In this document: one piece after another, positions 38,476 through 47,234 of the stretch
Position numbering within the stretch: position 1 is the first letter of the stretch
Layout: the number at the start of each line of letters is the position of its first letter
Assembly (NCBI RefSeq): GCF_035476535.1
Contig: NZ_DATILJ010000014.1
Span: 602-64,601, forward strand
Reading direction: 5' to 3'
From: Aquabacterium sp.
GTDB lineage: Bacteria; Pseudomonadota; Gammaproteobacteria; Burkholderiales; Burkholderiaceae_C
Length of the DNA: 64,000 nt
Notes under the pieces: model-generated
The model's database searches: none
What the model saw: the letters and a program-made list of their open reading frames with translations, nothing else
What the model was told of the DNA's origin: nothing
Made by a program: the position numbers and the translations under genes

Positions 38476-40056
38476 TCAGTTGGTGCAACCCATCGACGTG
38501 ATGCGGTCGTGCGCGACCTTGGCCTGGACCAGACCGAAGCCGAAGTCGTTGTCGCGACCTACGGCGCCGAGGTCCACCGCACTCTTGTTCAGCGTGCTGC
38601 GGATCTGCTCGGCCGTGCAGCCGGTATGCAGGCTCCACACCAGCGCGGCAACGGCGGAGACATGCGGCGTGGCCATCGAGGTGCCGTTGAAGTTGGCGTA
38701 CAGCGCGGTGCCCGCCACCACGGTGACCGTGGTCGACTGGCCCAGCTGGGTCAGCATCGTCGCGCCATCGGACTGCAGGGCGCCGACCGACGGGATGGTC
38801 GTCGCCACGTCACCCAGGGTGCCGAGCAACTCGCCCGCGGCGTTGTTGTAGATCACCGCGCCGATGCCACCGCTGTTCTGGCAGTTCAGCACCTTGTCGG
38901 AGAACGCGATGCTGCCGCGCGAGATCAGGCAGACACTGCCGCTCATCGAGCCGGCAACAGGCGTGTCCCCCAGACCGAAATCAGCCAGTGGGCCGGTCGC
39001 CGTGGTTCGCGGCGAACCGGTCATCGGGATCACCGCGTAGGGCGAGGCGCCGACCGTCAGCGTGCCATCCGATGCGATGCCAGGCGGGATCGTGGAGAGC
39101 ACGGCCACGCCCGGCGCGGCGATTTCAACATCGGCGTTCGATTGCGAGAAGCCGGCCTTGGCCATGTTCTCGTCGATCGCGGCCACCGACATCACTTCGA
39201 CGAAGCCTGCCGGGTAGGAGGTGGACGTGTCGCCAGCATTGCCGGCGGCTGCGATGACCAGCATGCCACGCTTGCTCATCAAGGTGGCGACCCTCTGCTC
39301 GATCGGGCTGGGGGAGGAGCCGCCCAGCGACATGCTGACGACGTTGGCGCGGGCACGCACGCAGCTGAGCATGGCCTTCGCAATGACCAGGCTGCTGGCG
39401 CTGCCGGTGACGTCGAACACCTTGGCGATGTGCAGCTTGAGGTTGCCGCTCGGCGCCACGCCGATCACGCCCACCGAGTTGTTGATCGCCGCGATGGTGC
39501 CGGCGACGTGGGTGCCGTGGGAGTTTTCGTCGGAGTCCCAGGTGCCGGACGAGGTGAAGTTCTCGCCGGTCTTGGGGATCGCAGCCAGGTCTTCGTGGGT
39601 GGTATCGATGCCGGAGTCGACGATGCACACCTTGCGGTTGCCGGCACTGGCGTCCGACACCTGGTCCGCCTGGACCATCGTGATGCCGTAGGGCACGGTC
39701 TGGCTGGATGTCACGGCGGCGCGAACCCGTTTGCCGGGTTGGCCCTGGATGCTGCGCTGGACGCCGGCATCGACGAATTCGACCTGCGCCATCGCCCGCA
39801 GCGTGGCCAGCTTGGCGCGCGGCAGGTCGGCGATCATCGAATCGGCTTCGCCCATGTCGTGGGACACGGTGCCGCCGGCTTTCAGGACCGCGGCGCGAAC
39901 CTGCAGGCCGGTACCGCTCTTGTACGCAATGGCGACGCGGACGTTCTGGCTTGTGGCCTGAGCCTGCGCTGCCAGGGGCATGGCCAGCATTGAGACTGCC
40001 ATTCCAATTGCCGCACAGGTGGCGGCAATCGTGATCTTGGCTTTGCGCATGTGCAT
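38476..40056 (-). CDS. Secreted subtilisin-family (S8) serine peptidase with I9-like propeptide and PA-domain insert
   Basis: Catalytic triad motifs VCIVDSGIDTTHEDL (Asp), NSHGTHVAGTIAA (His) and GTSMATPHVSAVAALVWS (Ser). PA-like insert GSVCLISRGSIAFSDKVLNCQNSGGIGAVIYNN. Signal peptide present. The second ATG at 40050 has better spacing to GGAG. Confidence 0.9.
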   Translation of the reverse strand: MHMRKAKITIAATCAAIGMAVSMLAMPLAAQAQATSQNVRVAIAYKSGTGLQVRAAVLKAGGTVSHDMGEADSMIADLPRAKLATLRAMAQVEFVDAGVQRSIQGQPGKRVRAAVTSSQTVPYGITMVQADQVSDASAGNRKVCIVDSGIDTTHEDLAAIPKTGENFTSSGTWDSDENSHGTHVAGTIAAINNSVGVIGVAPSGNLKLHIAKVFDVTGSASSLVIAKAMLSCVRARANVVSMSLGGSSPSPIEQRVATLMSKRGMLVIAAAGNAGDTSTSYPAGFVEVMSVAAIDENMAKAGFSQSNADVEIAAPGVAVLSTIPPGIASDGTLTVGASPYAVIPMTGSPRTTATGPLADFGLGDTPVAGSMSGSVCLISRGSIAFSDKVLNCQNSGGIGAVIYNNAAGELLGTLGDVATTIPSVGALQSDGATMLTQLGQSTTVTVVAGTALYANFNGTSMATPHVSAVAALVWSLHTGCTAEQIRSTLNKSAVDLGAVGRDNDFGFGLVQAKVAHDRITSMGCTN

Positions 40057-40169
40057 ATGCTCCGACGGGATGGTTGAAAGCAGGCATGGTTAGCATCCGC
40101 CGACGGCACGTCAATCCCCCTGAACATGTGGGACGGGGAAACGCCTAGTCCGATGGCTGAAGTTCAAAC

Positions 40170-42149
40170 CTAGACGTCAATGTCGATGGCATCGCCATGC
40201 AGCTCCATCAGTTCGCGGCGCGCCGCGGCCTCGCCCTTGCCCATCAAACGCGTCATCGCCTGCACGGTCTCATCGAAGCTGATCGCGCCGTAGGCCACCG
40301 GCAGCAGGCGGCGCGTTTCCGGGTTCAGCGTGGTCTCCCACAGTTGCTCGGCGTTCATTTCACCCAGGCCCTTGAAGCGGCTGATGCTCCAGGAGCCTTC
40401 GCGGGCACCTTCCTTGCGTAGCTTGTCCAGCGATGCTTCGAGTTCGCCCTCGTCCAGTGCATACAGCTTGGCCGCCGGCTTCTTGCCGCGCGCCGGTGCG
40501 TCGACGCGGAACAGCGGCGGCTTGGCCACGTACACATGGCCAGCCTCCACCAATTTGGGGAAGTGGCGGAAGAAGAGGGTCAGCAGCAGCACCTGGATGT
40601 GCGAGCCATCGACGTCGGCATCGCTCAGGATGCAGACCTTGCCGTAGCGCAGACCGCCCAGGTCGGGTGTGTCGTTCGGGCCATGCGGGTCAACCCCGAT
40701 GGCCACCGCGATGTCGTGGATCTCGTTGTTCGCGAACAGCCGGTCGCGTTCCACTTCCCAGGCGTTCAGCACCTTGCCGCGCAGCGGCAGCACGGCCTGG
40801 GTTTCCTTGTCGCGGCCCATCTTGGCCGAGCCACCGGCCGAGTCCCCCTCGACCAGGAACACTTCATTCAGCGTCAGGTCGCGGCTCTCGCAATCGGTCA
40901 GCTTGCCGGGCAGCACGGCGACGCCCGAGCCCTTGCGTTTTTCCACCTTCTGGCTGGCGCGCTGGCGGGTCTGCGCCTGCTTGATCACCAACTCGGCCAG
41001 CTTCTTGCCGTCGGCCACGTGCTGGTTCAGCCACAGCTCCAGCGGCGGACGCAAGTAGGCCGAGACCAGCCGCAACGCGTCGCGGCTGTTCAGCCGTTCC
41101 TTGATCTGACCCTGGAACTGCGGGTCCAGTACCTTGGCCGAGAGCACGAAACTGGCGCGCGAGAACACGTCTTCGGGCATCAGCTTCACGCCCTTGGGCA
41201 ACATCGAGTGCAGCTCGACGAAGGCCTTCACGGCGCCGAACAGCCCGTCCTTCAGGCCGGACTCATGGGTACCGCCCGCCGAGGTCGGAATCAGGTTGAC
41301 ATAACTCTCGCGCAGCACGCTGCCTTCTTCGGTAAAGGCCAGCACCCAGGCGGCGCCCTCACCTTCGGCAAAGTTCTCGGTCTCGTTGCCGGACGCGTAG
41401 TTCTCGCCTTCGAACAGCGGGATCAGCGGATCCGCGGGCAGCCCCTGCATCAGGTAGTCGCGCAGGCCGCCCTTGTACAGCCAGGTCTGCGTCTCGCCGC
41501 TCTTCTCATGGGTCAACGTGACCGTGACACCCGGCATCAGCACGGCCTTGCTGCGCAACAGGTGCATCAGTTCATTTTTCGGGAACTCGGTGCTCTCGAA
41601 GTACTTGGCATCCGGCCACACCCGCACGCTGGTGCCCTGCTTGCGCTCGCCGGCGACTGACTTGCGCAGCACCAGCGGCTCGATCACGTCCCCGCCGGAA
41701 AACGCCAGCGCCGCCGCCTGGCCCTCGCGCCACACCGTCACCTGCAGTCGCTTGGCCAGCGCATTCGTCACGCTGACACCGACGCCATGCAGGCCGCCGG
41801 AGAAGCTGTAGGCGCCGCCGGCGCCCTTGTCGAACTTGCCGCCGGCATGCAGGCGGGTGAAGACGATCTCGACCACCGGCACCTTTTCTTCGGGATGCAG
41901 GCCGAAGGGGATGCCGCGCCCGTCGTCGTCGACGCTGACCGAGCCGTCGGCATGCACCGTCACGCCGATGCGCTTGCCGAAGCCGGCCAGCGCCTCATCG
42001 GCTGCGTTGTCGATGACCTCCTGGATCACGTGCAAGGGGTTGTCGGTGCGGGTGTACATGCCCGGCCGCTGCTTGACCGGCTCCAGGCCCTTGAGAACGC
42101 GGATCGAGGCTTCGCCGTAGCTGCCGGGTTGTTGTTTGCTGCTTGCCAT
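40170..42149 (-). CDS. parE: DNA topoisomerase IV subunit B
   Basis: IRVLKGLEPVKQRPGMYT, VIDNAADEALAG, DDGRGIP, LHAGGKF, GGLHGVG, LVEGDSAGGSAK (Toprim) and ILSDADVDGSHI. 659 aa, which is ParE-sized. Confidence 0.92.
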   Translation of the reverse strand: MASSKQQPGSYGEASIRVLKGLEPVKQRPGMYTRTDNPLHVIQEVIDNAADEALAGFGKRIGVTVHADGSVSVDDDGRGIPFGLHPEEKVPVVEIVFTRLHAGGKFDKGAGGAYSFSGGLHGVGVSVTNALAKRLQVTVWREGQAAALAFSGGDVIEPLVLRKSVAGERKQGTSVRVWPDAKYFESTEFPKNELMHLLRSKAVLMPGVTVTLTHEKSGETQTWLYKGGLRDYLMQGLPADPLIPLFEGENYASGNETENFAEGEGAAWVLAFTEEGSVLRESYVNLIPTSAGGTHESGLKDGLFGAVKAFVELHSMLPKGVKLMPEDVFSRASFVLSAKVLDPQFQGQIKERLNSRDALRLVSAYLRPPLELWLNQHVADGKKLAELVIKQAQTRQRASQKVEKRKGSGVAVLPGKLTDCESRDLTLNEVFLVEGDSAGGSAKMGRDKETQAVLPLRGKVLNAWEVERDRLFANNEIHDIAVAIGVDPHGPNDTPDLGGLRYGKVCILSDADVDGSHIQVLLLTLFFRHFPKLVEAGHVYVAKPPLFRVDAPARGKKPAAKLYALDEGELEASLDKLRKEGAREGSWSISRFKGLGEMNAEQLWETTLNPETRRLLPVAYGAISFDETVQAMTRLMGKGEAAARRELMELHGDAIDIDV

Positions 42150-42213
42150 GGCGGCGGATTCTAGAGATGCCCCTCGATGAAACCCGGGCTGTTCGATTCG
42201 CTACAGTGCCCGG

Positions 42214-43437
42214 ATGACAAGCAACAACAGCGCGCCGCGGGTCCCCCTGTCGATGACCCAGGTGCTGATTTGCGGTGCCGCGGTCGTCACGCTGTCGATG
42301 GGCATTCGCCACGGCTTCGGGCTGTGGCTCGGGCCCATCACCACCGACCGTGGCTGGACCCGCGAAACCTTTGCGTTCGCCATCGCGATCCAGAACCTGG
42401 CCTGGGGCCTGGCCGGGCCGTTCGCCGGCATGGTGGCCGACCGTTTCGGCGCCTTCCGCGTGCTGCTGGTCGGTGGCGTGCTGTACGCGGCCGGGCTGGT
42501 GCTGATGGGATTGTCGAACACCGGCCTGGCCTTCATGGGCAGCGCCGGGCTGCTGCTGGGCATGGCGCAATCGGGCACCACCTACGCCGTGATCTACGGC
42601 GTGATCGGTCGCAACATCGCGCCCGAGAAGCGCTCCTGGGCGATGGGCGTGACGGCCGCGGCCGGCTCCTTCGGCCAGTTCCTGATGGTGCCGGTGGAAA
42701 GCTGGCTGATCGGCCAGTGGGGCTGGCAGCAGGCCTTGTTCATCCTGGGCTGCGCGGCACTGGCCATCCTGCCGCTGGCCTTCGGCCTGAAGGAACCGCC
42801 GATGGCCGCCCACACCGGCCAGCAGCAAAGCATTGCCCAGGCGCTGCGCGAGGCCTTCGGCTACCGCAGCTTCCAGTTGCTGATGGCGGGCTATTTCGTC
42901 TGCGGTTTCCAGGTGGTTTTCATCGGCGTGCACATGCCCAGCTACCTGAAGGACCAGGGCCTCGGGCCCGAAGTGGCCACTACCGCGCTGGCCTTGATCG
43001 GCTTGTGCAATGTCTTCGGCACCTACGGGGCGGGCATGCTGGGCCAGCGCATGCAGAAGAAGAACATCCTCGCGGCCATCTATGCGCTGCGCTCGGTGGC
43101 GATCGTCTGTTTCATCCTGGCGCCGCTGACGCCGATCAGCGTCTACCTGTTCTCGGCGACGATCGGGCTGCTGTGGCTGTCCACCGTGCCGCCGACGAAT
43201 GCCGTGGTCGCGCAGATCTTCGGCGTGCGCTACATGTCGATGCTGAGCGGCTTCGTGTTCCTCAGCCACCAGGTGGGCTCCTTCCTCGGCGTGTGGTTGG
43301 GCGGCAAGCTCTACGACCTGACCGGCGGCTACACGGTGGTCTGGTGGATGGCGGTGGTGCTGGGTGTTGCGGCAGCGCTGATCAATTTACCGGTGCGGGA
43401 GACAGCCATCGTGCGGCCGGCCGCGGCGGGGGCCTGA
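42214..43437 (+). CDS. MFS transporter
   Basis: 407 aa, 12 TM helices. GLAGPFAGMVADRFGAFRVLLVG is an MFS loop 2-3 motif. Confidence 0.85.
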   Translation: MTSNNSAPRVPLSMTQVLICGAAVVTLSMGIRHGFGLWLGPITTDRGWTRETFAFAIAIQNLAWGLAGPFAGMVADRFGAFRVLLVGGVLYAAGLVLMGLSNTGLAFMGSAGLLLGMAQSGTTYAVIYGVIGRNIAPEKRSWAMGVTAAAGSFGQFLMVPVESWLIGQWGWQQALFILGCAALAILPLAFGLKEPPMAAHTGQQQSIAQALREAFGYRSFQLLMAGYFVCGFQVVFIGVHMPSYLKDQGLGPEVATTALALIGLCNVFGTYGAGMLGQRMQKKNILAAIYALRSVAIVCFILAPLTPISVYLFSATIGLLWLSTVPPTNAVVAQIFGVRYMSMLSGFVFLSHQVGSFLGVWLGGKLYDLTGGYTVVWWMAVVLGVAAALINLPVRETAIVRPAAAGA

Positions 43438-43571
43438 TGCCTGCCTTGCGCCGCGTGTCTCGGCTGCTGCTCGGCGCGACCATCGCCGCAGCATTGACCC
43501 TGGTGTTCGCCGCCTACCTGAACCCGCACCTGGCGGTGGACCTGGCCACCCGCGTCTGGGCCTGCTTCTGA
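43437..43571 (+). CDS. Small (44 aa) single-pass membrane protein, not listed separately in the ORF track
   Basis: Its ATG 43437 overlaps the MFS stop (TGATG), and its TGA 43569-43571 overlaps the ATG of the next gene (TGATG). Translation: MPALRRVSRLLLGATIAAALTLVFAAYLNPHLAVDLATRVWACF, that is a basic N-terminus, one TM helix and a short tail. Confidence 0.55.
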   Translation: MPALRRVSRLLLGATIAAALTLVFAAYLNPHLAVDLATRVWACF

Positions 43572-44134
43572 TGCACGGCGACGAAGCGCCTTCACCCTGG
43601 GTGCAGCGCTGGGCCCATCTGCTGCCCGCCGGTGCGCGCGTACTCGACGTGGCCTGCGGCCGCGGGCGCCACGTGCGCTGGCTGGCCGCACGGGGCTGCG
43701 CCGTGACGGCAATCGACCGTGATGCGGATGCGCTGAGCGGCCTGCAGGGTGTGGCCGAGCTGATCACCGCCGACATCGAGGCCGGGCCCTGGCCCTGCGC
43801 CGGCCGGACCTTCGACGCCGTGCTCGTCACCAACTACCTGTGGCGCCCGCTGTGGCCGCTGCTGCTGGATGCGGTGGCGCCCGGCGGCTGGCTGCTTTAC
43901 GAAACCTTTGCACACGGCCATCAAACCGTCGGCCGGCCGGCGCGCCCGGCCTTTCTGCTGGAAGCCGGTGAACTGCTGCGCGTCTGCCAGGGCCTGCGCA
44001 TCGTCGCCTATGAAGACGGCTTCCTGCCCGCACCCGAGCGCTTCGTGCAGCGCGTGGTGGCGGTGCGCGAAGAAGCCGGCGCCTCGGCACCGCCGCGCTA
44101 CCCGCTGTCCAGCCCGCCTGCTCCGCCCGGCTAA
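43571..44134 (+). CDS. Class I SAM-dependent methyltransferase
   Basis: Motif I: [30 protein letters not shown]. Post-I/II motifs: [25 protein letters not shown]. Confidence 0.8.
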   Translation: MHGDEAPSPWVQRWAHLLPAGARVLDVACGRGRHVRWLAARGCAVTAIDRDADALSGLQGVAELITADIEAGPWPCAGRTFDAVLVTNYLWRPLWPLLLDAVAPGGWLLYETFAHGHQTVGRPARPAFLLEAGELLRVCQGLRIVAYEDGFLPAPERFVQRVVAVREEAGASAPPRYPLSSPPAPPG

Positions 44135-44159
44135 AATCGCCGGCTTGCAAGGAAAGCGC

Positions 44160-45041
44160 ATGAAACCCATTGTTGGCAGCATCGTCGCGTTGGTGACGCC
44201 GATGCAAGAAGACGGCAGCGTCGATTTCGACGGCCTGCGCCGCCTGATCGATTGGCATATCGCCGAAGGCACCGATTGCATCGGCGTGGTCGGCACGACC
44301 GGCGAGTCCCCCACCATCTCGGTGCAGGAGCATTGCGACATCATCCGCGTCGCCGTCGAGCATGCCGCGGGCCGCGTGCCGATCATGGCCGGCGCCGGCG
44401 CCAATTCCACGCGGGAAGCGATCGAGCTGACACGCTTCTCCAAGTCCGTTGGCGCCGACTGCACGCTGCAGGTCGTGCCCTACTACAACAAGCCCTCGCA
44501 GGAAGGCATCTACCAGCATTTCAAGGCCATCGCCGAGGCCGTGGACCTGCCGGTGGTGCTGTACAACGTGCCCGGCCGCACGGTGGCCGATATGCTGCCC
44601 GAAACCACGCTGCGGCTGGCCGAGGTGCCCGGCATCGTCGGCATCAAGGAAGCCACCGGCAACATCGAACGCGCGGCCACGCTGATCAAGGGCGCACCCG
44701 AGCACTTTTCGATCTACTCGGGCGACGACGGCACCGCGATCGCGCTGATGCTGCTGGGCGGCCACGGCAATGTCAGCGTCACCGCCAACGTCGCACCGCG
44801 CCTGATGCACGAGCTGTGCATCGCGGCGATCGACGGCCAGGTGCAGGTCGCTCGCTCGATCCACCTGCGCCTGCTGTCGCTGCACAAGCAGCTGTTCTGC
44901 GAACCCAGCCCGGCACCGACCAAGTGGGCGATGTCCCGGCTGGGCCTGTGCCGGCCGGATGTGCGCCTGCCCATCGTGCCGCTGACGGAGATCGGCCGCG
45001 GCCTGGTCGACCGTGCGTTGCGCGACGCCGATCTGCTGTAA
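44160..45041 (+). CDS. dapA: 4-hydroxy-tetrahydrodipicolinate synthase
   Basis: ATG 44160. [42 protein letters not shown] and GIKEATGN (active-site Lys). Confidence 0.93.
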   Translation: MKPIVGSIVALVTPMQEDGSVDFDGLRRLIDWHIAEGTDCIGVVGTTGESPTISVQEHCDIIRVAVEHAAGRVPIMAGAGANSTREAIELTRFSKSVGADCTLQVVPYYNKPSQEGIYQHFKAIAEAVDLPVVLYNVPGRTVADMLPETTLRLAEVPGIVGIKEATGNIERAATLIKGAPEHFSIYSGDDGTAIALMLLGGHGNVSVTANVAPRLMHELCIAAIDGQVQVARSIHLRLLSLHKQLFCEPSPAPTKWAMSRLGLCRPDVRLPIVPLTEIGRGLVDRALRDADLL

Positions 45042-45170
45042 TCGGGCCCGCGCGCCGACCTCGCTGTCCCTGTCGTTCGTCGCCTGACCGTCCTTCCTTC
45101 GCCCCGCCCTTAGCCCCCAAGCGCCCACGCATGGCCATAGCGGCCGGGGCCTGATCTGGAGATCCGCACT

Positions 45171-46304
45171 GTGAATCGTGTGTTTGTCGTTACCCCGACT
45201 GGCGCAGCTGCGCTGGCCATGGCCCTGGCCCTGGCCGGCTGCTCGTCCTTCGACACCACGCTGTCGGGCGACAAGGTGGATTACCGCTCACAGGCCGGCA
45301 AGACCACGCCGCTGGAAGTGCCCCCCGATCTGACCCAGCTGGCCCGCGATGCGCGCTACCAGCCGCAAGCTGGCGTCGTCAGCGCCACCGCGATGCAGCA
45401 AGGCACGCAGCAGACCAGTGCCGCGCCCACGGGTCCGGCGGTGGCGCCGGCGTCGATCGGCGAGATGCGCATCGAACGCCAGGGCAACCAGCGCTGGCTG
45501 GTCAGCACGCTGCCGCCGGAAAAACTGTGGCCGCAGGTGCGCAGCTTCTGGATCGAACGCGGCTTCACGCTGACATTGGACAACGCCGAAATCGGCGTGA
45601 TGGAAACCGATTGGGCCGAGAACCGCGCCAAGCTGCCGCAGGACTTCATCCGCAACACCATCGGCAAGGTTTTCGACAGCCTGTTCTCAACCTCCGAACG
45701 CGACCGCTTCCGCACCCGCATCGACCGCTCCGGCACCGGCAGCGAGATCTTCATCACCCACCGCGGGCTGTCGGAGATCTACACCAACGAAAGGCGGGAC
45801 AACACCAGCTGGCAATCGCGGCCCAACGACCCGCAGCTGGAAGCGGAGTTCCTGTCGCGCCTGATGGTGCGCCTTGGTGCCAAGGAAGAAGTGGCCCGCG
45901 CGACGGTGGCCAACGCGCCGGACCAGCCGGTTCGCGCACGCCTGGTCAGCGACCAGCCGGGTGCCGCGATGGAAGTGGACGAGGCGTTCGACCGCGCCTG
46001 GCGCCGCGTGGGCCTGGCGCTGGACCGCGGCGGCTTCACCGTCGAAGACCGCGACCGCAGCGCCGGCCTGTACTACGTGCGTTATGTCGACCCGAAGCTG
46101 GCCGGCAAGGAAGAGCCGGGCTTCTTCAGCAAGCTCTTCGGTGGTGGCGACAAGGCAGCGGCCGCGGCACTGCAACGTTATCGTCTGTCAGTGAAAGCCG
46201 TCGGTGCCAAGACCCAGGTGTCGGTGCTGAACAGCCAGGGCACGGCCGACAACGGCGAAGCCGCGAAGCTGATCGTCGCACGCTTGATCGACGAGCTGAA
46301 GTAA
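45171..46304 (+). CDS. bamC: Outer-membrane protein assembly factor BamC (NlpB) lipoprotein
   Basis: GTG 45171 with GGAG 9 nt upstream. Lipobox LALAGC. LEVPPDLT motif. Classical dapA-bamC synteny. Confidence 0.85.
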   Translation: MNRVFVVTPTGAAALAMALALAGCSSFDTTLSGDKVDYRSQAGKTTPLEVPPDLTQLARDARYQPQAGVVSATAMQQGTQQTSAAPTGPAVAPASIGEMRIERQGNQRWLVSTLPPEKLWPQVRSFWIERGFTLTLDNAEIGVMETDWAENRAKLPQDFIRNTIGKVFDSLFSTSERDRFRTRIDRSGTGSEIFITHRGLSEIYTNERRDNTSWQSRPNDPQLEAEFLSRLMVRLGAKEEVARATVANAPDQPVRARLVSDQPGAAMEVDEAFDRAWRRVGLALDRGGFTVEDRDRSAGLYYVRYVDPKLAGKEEPGFFSKLFGGGDKAAAAALQRYRLSVKAVGAKTQVSVLNSQGTADNGEAAKLIVARLIDELK

Positions 46305-46340
46305 GACCGCTTATCGGCCCGCGACTCGACGCGGGCCACA

Positions 46341-46368
46341 AAAAAACCGCCCCGAGGGGCGGTTTTTT
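46341..46368. terminator. Bidirectional intrinsic terminator between bamC and the convergent small lipoprotein gene
   Basis: AAAAAACCGCCCC-GAG-GGGCGGTTTTTT: a GC stem flanked by an A-tract on one side and a T-tract on the other. Confidence 0.8.
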
Positions 46369-46393
46369 CTTGTCGCTTGCGCGCTGTTGCCGA

Positions 46394-46600
46394 TTACTTG
46401 CTGGCAGCAGCAGAGGCAGCAGCAGCGGCGGCAGCGTCAGCGGCCGGAGCCGAGGCCATCGCATCTGGAGCCGGAGCCGGCGCGGGGGCCGGAGCGGCCA
46501 CCGGAGCGGGCGGCGGAGCAACCGGGGCTTCTTCTTTCTTGCCGCAAGCGCTCAGCGCAACGGTAGCAACCAGGGAAGCCAACAGGAGCGACTTGTTCAT
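46394..46600 (-). CDS. Small Ala/Pro-rich lipoprotein (68 aa)
   Basis: ATG 46600 with GAGGA 5 nt upstream. MNKSLLLASLVATVALSAC lipobox, followed by a low-complexity tail (APVAPPPAPVAAPAPAPAPAP...AAAAAAASAAASK). Confidence 0.65.
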   Translation of the reverse strand: MNKSLLLASLVATVALSACGKKEEAPVAPPPAPVAAPAPAPAPAPDAMASAPAADAAAAAAASAAASK

Positions 46601-46732
46601 TTGTGTCCTCAGTGAAAAGTGTCGACGAATTACCGGTAATGAATCTGACTTGTCATGCAATGCAGACTCTGTCGAGAAACCAGGCTTAAAAAGCTCGAGC
46701 CTTTCCAAGCCCAGCCTGCGATTGTAGCAAGC

Positions 46733-46749
46733 CTAGGGATGATCCCTAG
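46733..46749. promoter_or_regulatory. Perfect palindrome CTAGGGAT-G-ATCCCTAG next to a TACAAT box (minus strand) upstream of the lipoprotein gene
   Basis: 8+1+8 palindrome overlapping the TAG stop of the gene at 46746. The minus-strand TACAAT lies at 46726-46721. Possible operator or hairpin; speculative. Confidence 0.25.
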
Positions 46750-47234
46750 AGTCCGAGGGTCGTAGAGGGCCAAGCCGGTTCGCAGCGTTGCGCAATCGCC
46801 TCAAATTCTTCCTTTCGGGCTCGCAATTCGGCCGGATCACGCAGCCAGCGCGCGCGCCAGCGTTCGCGATCAAGCAACTCGACACCCTGCATGCCGGCCC
46901 ACAGCAGCGTGGGCAGTTCTGCGCCGGCCAGGTCGATTGGCTGCAAGGCCTCGAAGCGATGAGCCCAATCGCGCCGCCAGGCGGTGAAGCGCGGATGCTT
47001 GCGCGCCAGCGCGTCGAAGTCCTGCGCAATGAAGCACAGCATGCGCCCGGGCGGGCGGGCCCAGCGCACCAGCGCATCCAGCACCGACGAGTCGTCGAGC
47101 GGCCAATCAACGAAGTTCGCATCGACGCAGCGCAGCTCGCGCACGCCCGCATTGGCACTCGCGACCAGCAATTGGCGCAGCACATCGATCACGTCGCCAC
47201 GGCCTTCGATCAGGAAATTCGCAGCATCAGACAT
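46746..47234 (-). CDS. Hypothetical protein (162 aa), translationally coupled to the JmjC/cupin gene
   Basis: ATG 47234 is preceded by GAGGAGA (6-nt spacer) and overlaps the upstream gene by 8 nt. Normal amino-acid composition. I recognise no family. Confidence 0.6.
   Translation of the reverse strand: MSDAANFLIEGRGDVIDVLRQLLVASANAGVRELRCVDANFVDWPLDDSSVLDALVRWARPPGRMLCFIAQDFDALARKHPRFTAWRRDWAHRFEALQPIDLAGAELPTLLWAGMQGVELLDRERWRARWLRDPAELRARKEEFEAIAQRCEPAWPSTTLGL

Noticed and set aside
40105-40140. Possible fifth copy of the REP-like repeat (CCCCCTGAACATGTGGGACGGGG)
   Set aside because: Only the ACATGTGG block and a short C/G run match, in the opposite orientation. The CAAGG block and the 13-nt core are absent, so this is treated as chance similarity. 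The region more likely holds the S8 protease promoter: on the minus strand a weak TTGACG-N16-TAACCA is visible, too weak to call.
42150-42213. The GTTCGATTC-containing spacer between parE and the MFS gene, checked as a possible tRNA fragment
   Set aside because: It is only 64 nt long and no cloverleaf arms can be drawn. It is simply a short divergent promoter region. No tRNA or rRNA genes were found anywhere in the window.
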